A stretch of DNA of 61,922 nucleotides, filler included, from Stramenopiles sp. TOSAG23-2 (taxonomy: Eukaryota), in the NCBI GenBank assembly GCA_900128395.1. It is 4 parts of 4 records of this genome, joined end to end, with 100 filler letters (N's around TTAATTAATTAA, not from the genome) between each part and the next. Parts side by side here need not be neighbours in the genome. Positions count along the whole stretch, not along the records: positions 46,557 to 61,922 come from LT649712.1; 3 more parts are not named here. One strand, given 5' to 3'. The position numbers and the translations under genes were made by a program. The notes under the pieces were generated by a model, which searched no databases, was not told where the DNA came from, and saw only the letters and a list, made by a program, of their open reading frames with translations. This document shows positions 58,177 to 61,922 of the stretch, piece after piece (positions within the stretch are counted from its first letter, which is position 1; each line of letters starts with the position of its first letter).

Positions 58177-58464
58177 AATAATAAATGTAAATACTACAAA
58201 CAGAAAATAGAGATATAGACATTTAATATATCAAAGGATATATATAACATATTGTGTGATATTGTAGAAATCAAAAGATAAGTCTTAAGAAGAAGTACAA
58301 CATAATTAAATAGCCATTTGAATAATAAATGTAAATACTACAAACAGAAAATAGAGATATAGACATTTAATATATCAAAGGATATATATAACATATTGTG
58401 TGATATTGTAGAAATCAAAAGATAAGTCTTAAGAAGAAGTACAACATAATTAAATAGCCATTTG
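58177..58464. repeat. Perfect tandem duplication, 144-bp unit
   Basis: 58177-58320 = 58321-58464. Confidence 0.9.
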
Positions 58465-58508
58465 TAATTTAACATAATAATAGATATAATAATAAAAAAA
58501 AATAAACA

Positions 58509-59309
58509 ATGAAATCATTACATATTATAATAAGAAATTTAACATTTTTTGTATTGTTTCACATATTAATAAATGAAGAAAATAATATAATTAAATATGT
58601 AAAATGTAAACAACAAAAACGCATGACTTCTCGTCAAAAATTATTTCATGCTATTAGTTCAGCCAATTATAAAGAAGTGAGAAAACTTGTTAAGAATGAT
58701 TTAATAGATTTGAATAGTAAAAATGATTATGAAGAGACACCTTTACATATTTCTGCATTATCTAATAAACAAGCAAATGGTAAAATATTGAAATTTTTGT
58801 TGAAAGAAGGTGCAGATCCAAATGCACAAACAGAATTTAAATATCAAGGTCATAGCATTCTTGTTCGGAGAACCCCGTTGCATTGGTATGCTCATAGTTG
58901 TGATCATATGGGAATACGTATATTACTATTACATGGTGCAGATGAACGAATGAAAACTGAAGAAGGTGATTCATCTATTGCTATTGTTGAAAAAATTATT
59001 GAACATGAAAAAGAGATAATACCACCATGTGAATTGAGTTTGAAATATTTAAAAATATCACAAAATCATCGTAGAAAACGCAATAAAATGAAATTAAAAC
59101 TTGAAGATTTTCCAGAGGCATTGGAGGAGGAAGATGTTAAATCATCATCAACCAATGAAGAGGAAGAAGAAATTGTAAACAATCATGAAAATAATGAAAA
59201 TAATATTGATGGACAAGAAGCAGCAGAAAATGAAATGAAACGTTTACAAGCATTAATGGCTGAACAATTTAATAATAATAATGAACAAGGTGGTGGCGGT
59301 GATTTGTAG
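58509..59309 (+). CDS. Ankyrin-repeat protein with signal peptide/anchor and acidic tail ending GDL
   Basis: ETPLHISA...LLKEGADPN, RTPLHWYA...LLLHGAD. Confidence 0.85.
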   Translation: MKSLHIIIRNLTFFVLFHILINEENNIIKYVKCKQQKRMTSRQKLFHAISSANYKEVRKLVKNDLIDLNSKNDYEETPLHISALSNKQANGKILKFLLKEGADPNAQTEFKYQGHSILVRRTPLHWYAHSCDHMGIRILLLHGADERMKTEEGDSSIAIVEKIIEHEKEIIPPCELSLKYLKISQNHRRKRNKMKLKLEDFPEALEEEDVKSSSTNEEEEEIVNNHENNENNIDGQEAAENEMKRLQALMAEQFNNNNEQGGGGDL

Positions 59310-59955
59310 CCGCCTTCTATATACAATACCGGTAGTGTGCTTGAAATAAAGTTTACAAGCATTAATGGCTGAACAATTTAATAATAATAATGAAGATGGT
59401 GATTTGTAATTTGTAGAGCCGGTCCTTAGGAATACGCTCGGTATTAAAACAAGAAAAAAGGTGTAGAAAAAATATTTCTCTTCCTCGTATATAATATATA
59501 TAAAAAATATGTAAAAACATTATGCGTTTATAAATATACATGATATTTAATAATCAAATTAATTTCTCTTCGCTTTTTACTCCTCACCTTCCTTTACCTG
59601 GACTGATTTCTAGAATCGCAACAATCCTCGTTGGTAATAACCACAATATATCCAATAGACAATGAAACTGTAAATGCAGAGAGATGAATTGGAAACATTA
59701 CCATTTTCTATAAAGATTATTGATACAGATTTTAAACCTATTGATAAATTTAATGAATGGATACACAAAAAGATTTGAATATCATGAATGCATATTTCGA
59801 GGAGAAAGAAGGGAAATGATTCTCTTTAAAAAGTTTATATTTTTTTAATATATAAAAAAAAATACGCGCGTACAATTTTATATACGCGGTTTGTATTATA
59901 TTCGTAAAATATTCATTTTAAATGTGTGTGTGTAATTTTTTAATCTCATGAATGT

Positions 59956-61308
59956 TCAAAAACAAGGAACAGGGCTTGAGTTTTTATATGTTCCATGTAC
60001 ATTCATGCAACTGTAACCGGTACTTGTACTACCTTCTAAACGAACGTTAACCATTTGAATACCATTGCATGGTTGTGGACCCATACATTTAATATGGCCA
60101 GGATTCAATGTTACTGTCCCAGTAACATTTTCAATGAGAACTGAAGATGCAGAAGCTCCAACAATACGAGTTAAGTGATTTTCATTAATAACATTCGTAT
60201 GCATATCACCAGTATTACTTACATAATCTACATTGCCTTGTTGGAAAAAATTAATAGCAATGCCTATTCTCACATCTTTCAGGTTTAAATTTGTAAACTG
60301 TATGTTTCTTGCAGTGCCAATGAAAGGAGATAAAGATTTAATAGCAAGTCCTGAAGATGTATTTTGTAATGTGATTTCATCAAATGTAACATTGTCAATA
60401 TCACCAGCAAAGAACCTTCCATGTGGCCCCCCTCCAGATGGTCCAGCATGATTTGATGCAGGCCAAATGACTGCTACAGGGGGATTGCCACACGTACATG
60501 TAACATTATGAACAAAAACATTACGCGATGGTGGAAAAATAGGTACACAATCATCGCCATTACGAACAAATGAATGTTCAACTATGATATTTTCACCTTG
60601 TAAATTAAATCCATCAGTATTAGGTGATTCATCGTATCCACACCCAGTTGTAATAACTTTCACGTTATGAAATTTTATTTCGTTTAACCCTCGGCCTGCA
60701 ATTGTCCAAAACGGCGAATCTTTGAATGTAACGCCAGAGATATCTACATTTTCAACAGCGCCATATTTTGTTATACTTTTCACTCCTAAATATAAAAGTT
60801 GTGGCCGACAATTATGCCAATAATTTCCATGACTTGTATTATTTTTCAATGGCCACCATCTCCAACCTTGCCCGTCTATAATTCCATTCCCGCTTATTAT
60901 TATATTATTTAGTGGGGGGATACCATATAACAAAGCTTCTTTTTGTGGAACAAGGATTGTTTCATTAGCTGTGTAATCTGATTCGGAACATTTTTTATTG
61001 GTTGAATTTGGCCAAGTTGCAATGTCACGCCACGCTGCAAGGTTGCCATCAATTTGAAGATGTCTATTTGATATAATTTCAACTGGACGAAGCAAAAAAG
61101 TATGGTGGGCACGAAATATTACTTTGAGACAAGTTTTCAATGCAGATTGTATTGCAACAGTATCGTCTGTTTTATTATCTCCAACAGCACCAAAATCATC
61201 AATTAAATCACAAACAGGTTTTGGTATTAAAAGTGCAACTCTAGTTTCTATTTCGAAAGTTAATAGTATAATTACTAATATTATTATTATTGTTATTATT
61301 GAATTCAT
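59956..61308 (-). CDS. Glycoside hydrolase family 28 (polygalacturonase-like), secreted
   Basis: Signal peptide; DDFGAVGDNKTDDTVAIQ, GIIDGQG..WW, DSPFW, SPNTDG, GDDC, AIKS; ATG at 61308. Confidence 0.88.
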   Translation of the reverse strand: MNSIITIIIILVIILLTFEIETRVALLIPKPVCDLIDDFGAVGDNKTDDTVAIQSALKTCLKVIFRAHHTFLLRPVEIISNRHLQIDGNLAAWRDIATWPNSTNKKCSESDYTANETILVPQKEALLYGIPPLNNIIISGNGIIDGQGWRWWPLKNNTSHGNYWHNCRPQLLYLGVKSITKYGAVENVDISGVTFKDSPFWTIAGRGLNEIKFHNVKVITTGCGYDESPNTDGFNLQGENIIVEHSFVRNGDDCVPIFPPSRNVFVHNVTCTCGNPPVAVIWPASNHAGPSGGGPHGRFFAGDIDNVTFDEITLQNTSSGLAIKSLSPFIGTARNIQFTNLNLKDVRIGIAINFFQQGNVDYVSNTGDMHTNVINENHLTRIVGASASSVLIENVTGTVTLNPGHIKCMGPQPCNGIQMVNVRLEGSTSTGYSCMNVHGTYKNSSPVPCF

Positions 61309-61548
61309 TGTAATCAATAATCACATAAAAAAAAACCTAAATTGACACAAGATATACAACAATATATTAAGTGTTGGTAAAAATATATTTTAATTTTTTA
61401 CAATGGTGAAGTTGTACATCTAATTAAGTAATCCATCACAAAAACAATTTCATTTGTGACATTTTCACACATTCCCATCTCAGAAAAACCGGGTCATATA
61501 TTAAGATAATCTACTCGTATTTAAATTTATTTTTTTTATATCCAAATT

Positions 61549-61922
61549 TTACATTGCAGGAGCAGCAACTTTGTCACAATCTTTGTTCTTGTTTTGACAA
61601 CCCGTAATTAATTTGTGATAACCCTTGATTCTTTTATCTAGTTCTTTTTGGGCATCGTTGTGTGGATTTTTTTCCTTTCGTTTCCTATTTAAATTATCAA
61701 GCAAAGGTATGCGTTTCTTCTGCTCTACTTTAACTTCATCCCAAAAGGCATTTGACAATTTTTTTCTATCTTTCGCATCATTCTGTGCAGTTTTTAATTC
61801 TTCGTTTTTAGCTTTTACCTTATCCCAAAGTTCTTTATCCTCGTCTCTATCTTTTTTGTTTTCTTCCAACGTTTCTTTCTTTTCCTCATTTGCTTCTTTT
61901 AAAAGAGCTTGCCATTTCTCAT
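61549..61922 (-). CDS. 3' part of a charged coiled-coil protein running off the window
   Basis: Frame is open to the window end (EKWQALLKEANEEKEETLEENKK...). Confidence 0.6.
   Translation of the reverse strand, partial: EKWQALLKEANEEKKETLEENKKDRDEDKELWDKVKAKNEELKTAQNDAKDRKKLSNAFWDEVKVEQKKRIPLLDNLNRKRKEKNPHNDAQKELDKRIKGYHKLITGCQNKNKDCDKVAAPAM

Noticed and set aside
59674-59778. 34-codon ORF MQRDELETLPFSIK...
   Set aside because: Too short to support; possibly an orphan 3' fragment at another junction.

Overview
AT-rich, apparently intron-free eukaryotic (protist) DNA with poly-Asn tracts. A phagotrophic marine stramenopile-like organism from a single-cell/MDA-type assembly is plausible but is inference. 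The window is four contigs of about 15.4 kb (1-15433, 15534-30956, 31057-46456, 46557-end), joined by artificial 100-bp N44-TTAATTAATTAA-N44 linkers, so adjacency across linkers means nothing. About 25 genes or fragments are present: PPT1, APC polyamine/amino-acid permease, TMEM43, a Trx-TrxR fusion, an ABCB half-transporter, PAW and EF-hand fragments, PRORP, a GRIP golgin, a PXA sorting nexin, a channel fragment, an ERI1-family exonuclease, a double AAA ATPase, a PH-CaMK kinase, an FAD oxidoreductase, a SEL1L3-like protein, eIF2B-beta, a soluble-adenylyl-cyclase-like STAND protein with a short tandem paralog, purple acid phosphatase, an ankyrin protein and GH28. Fifteen perfect 89-166 bp tandem duplications and several opposite-strand gene junctions look like assembly or amplification artefacts. 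Top candidates for new biology: (1) a 99-aa protein with an in-frame UGA (GGG-U-SG) and a canonical-looking SECIS in its 3' UTR, a probable selenoprotein of a family I do not recognise, which the ORF track truncates; (2) a STAND cyclase with a co-promotered, internally deleted mini-paralog; (3) a PXA-SH2-RUN-PX-NexinC sorting nexin; (4) a membrane-anchored CxxC/Trx/TrxR fusion.
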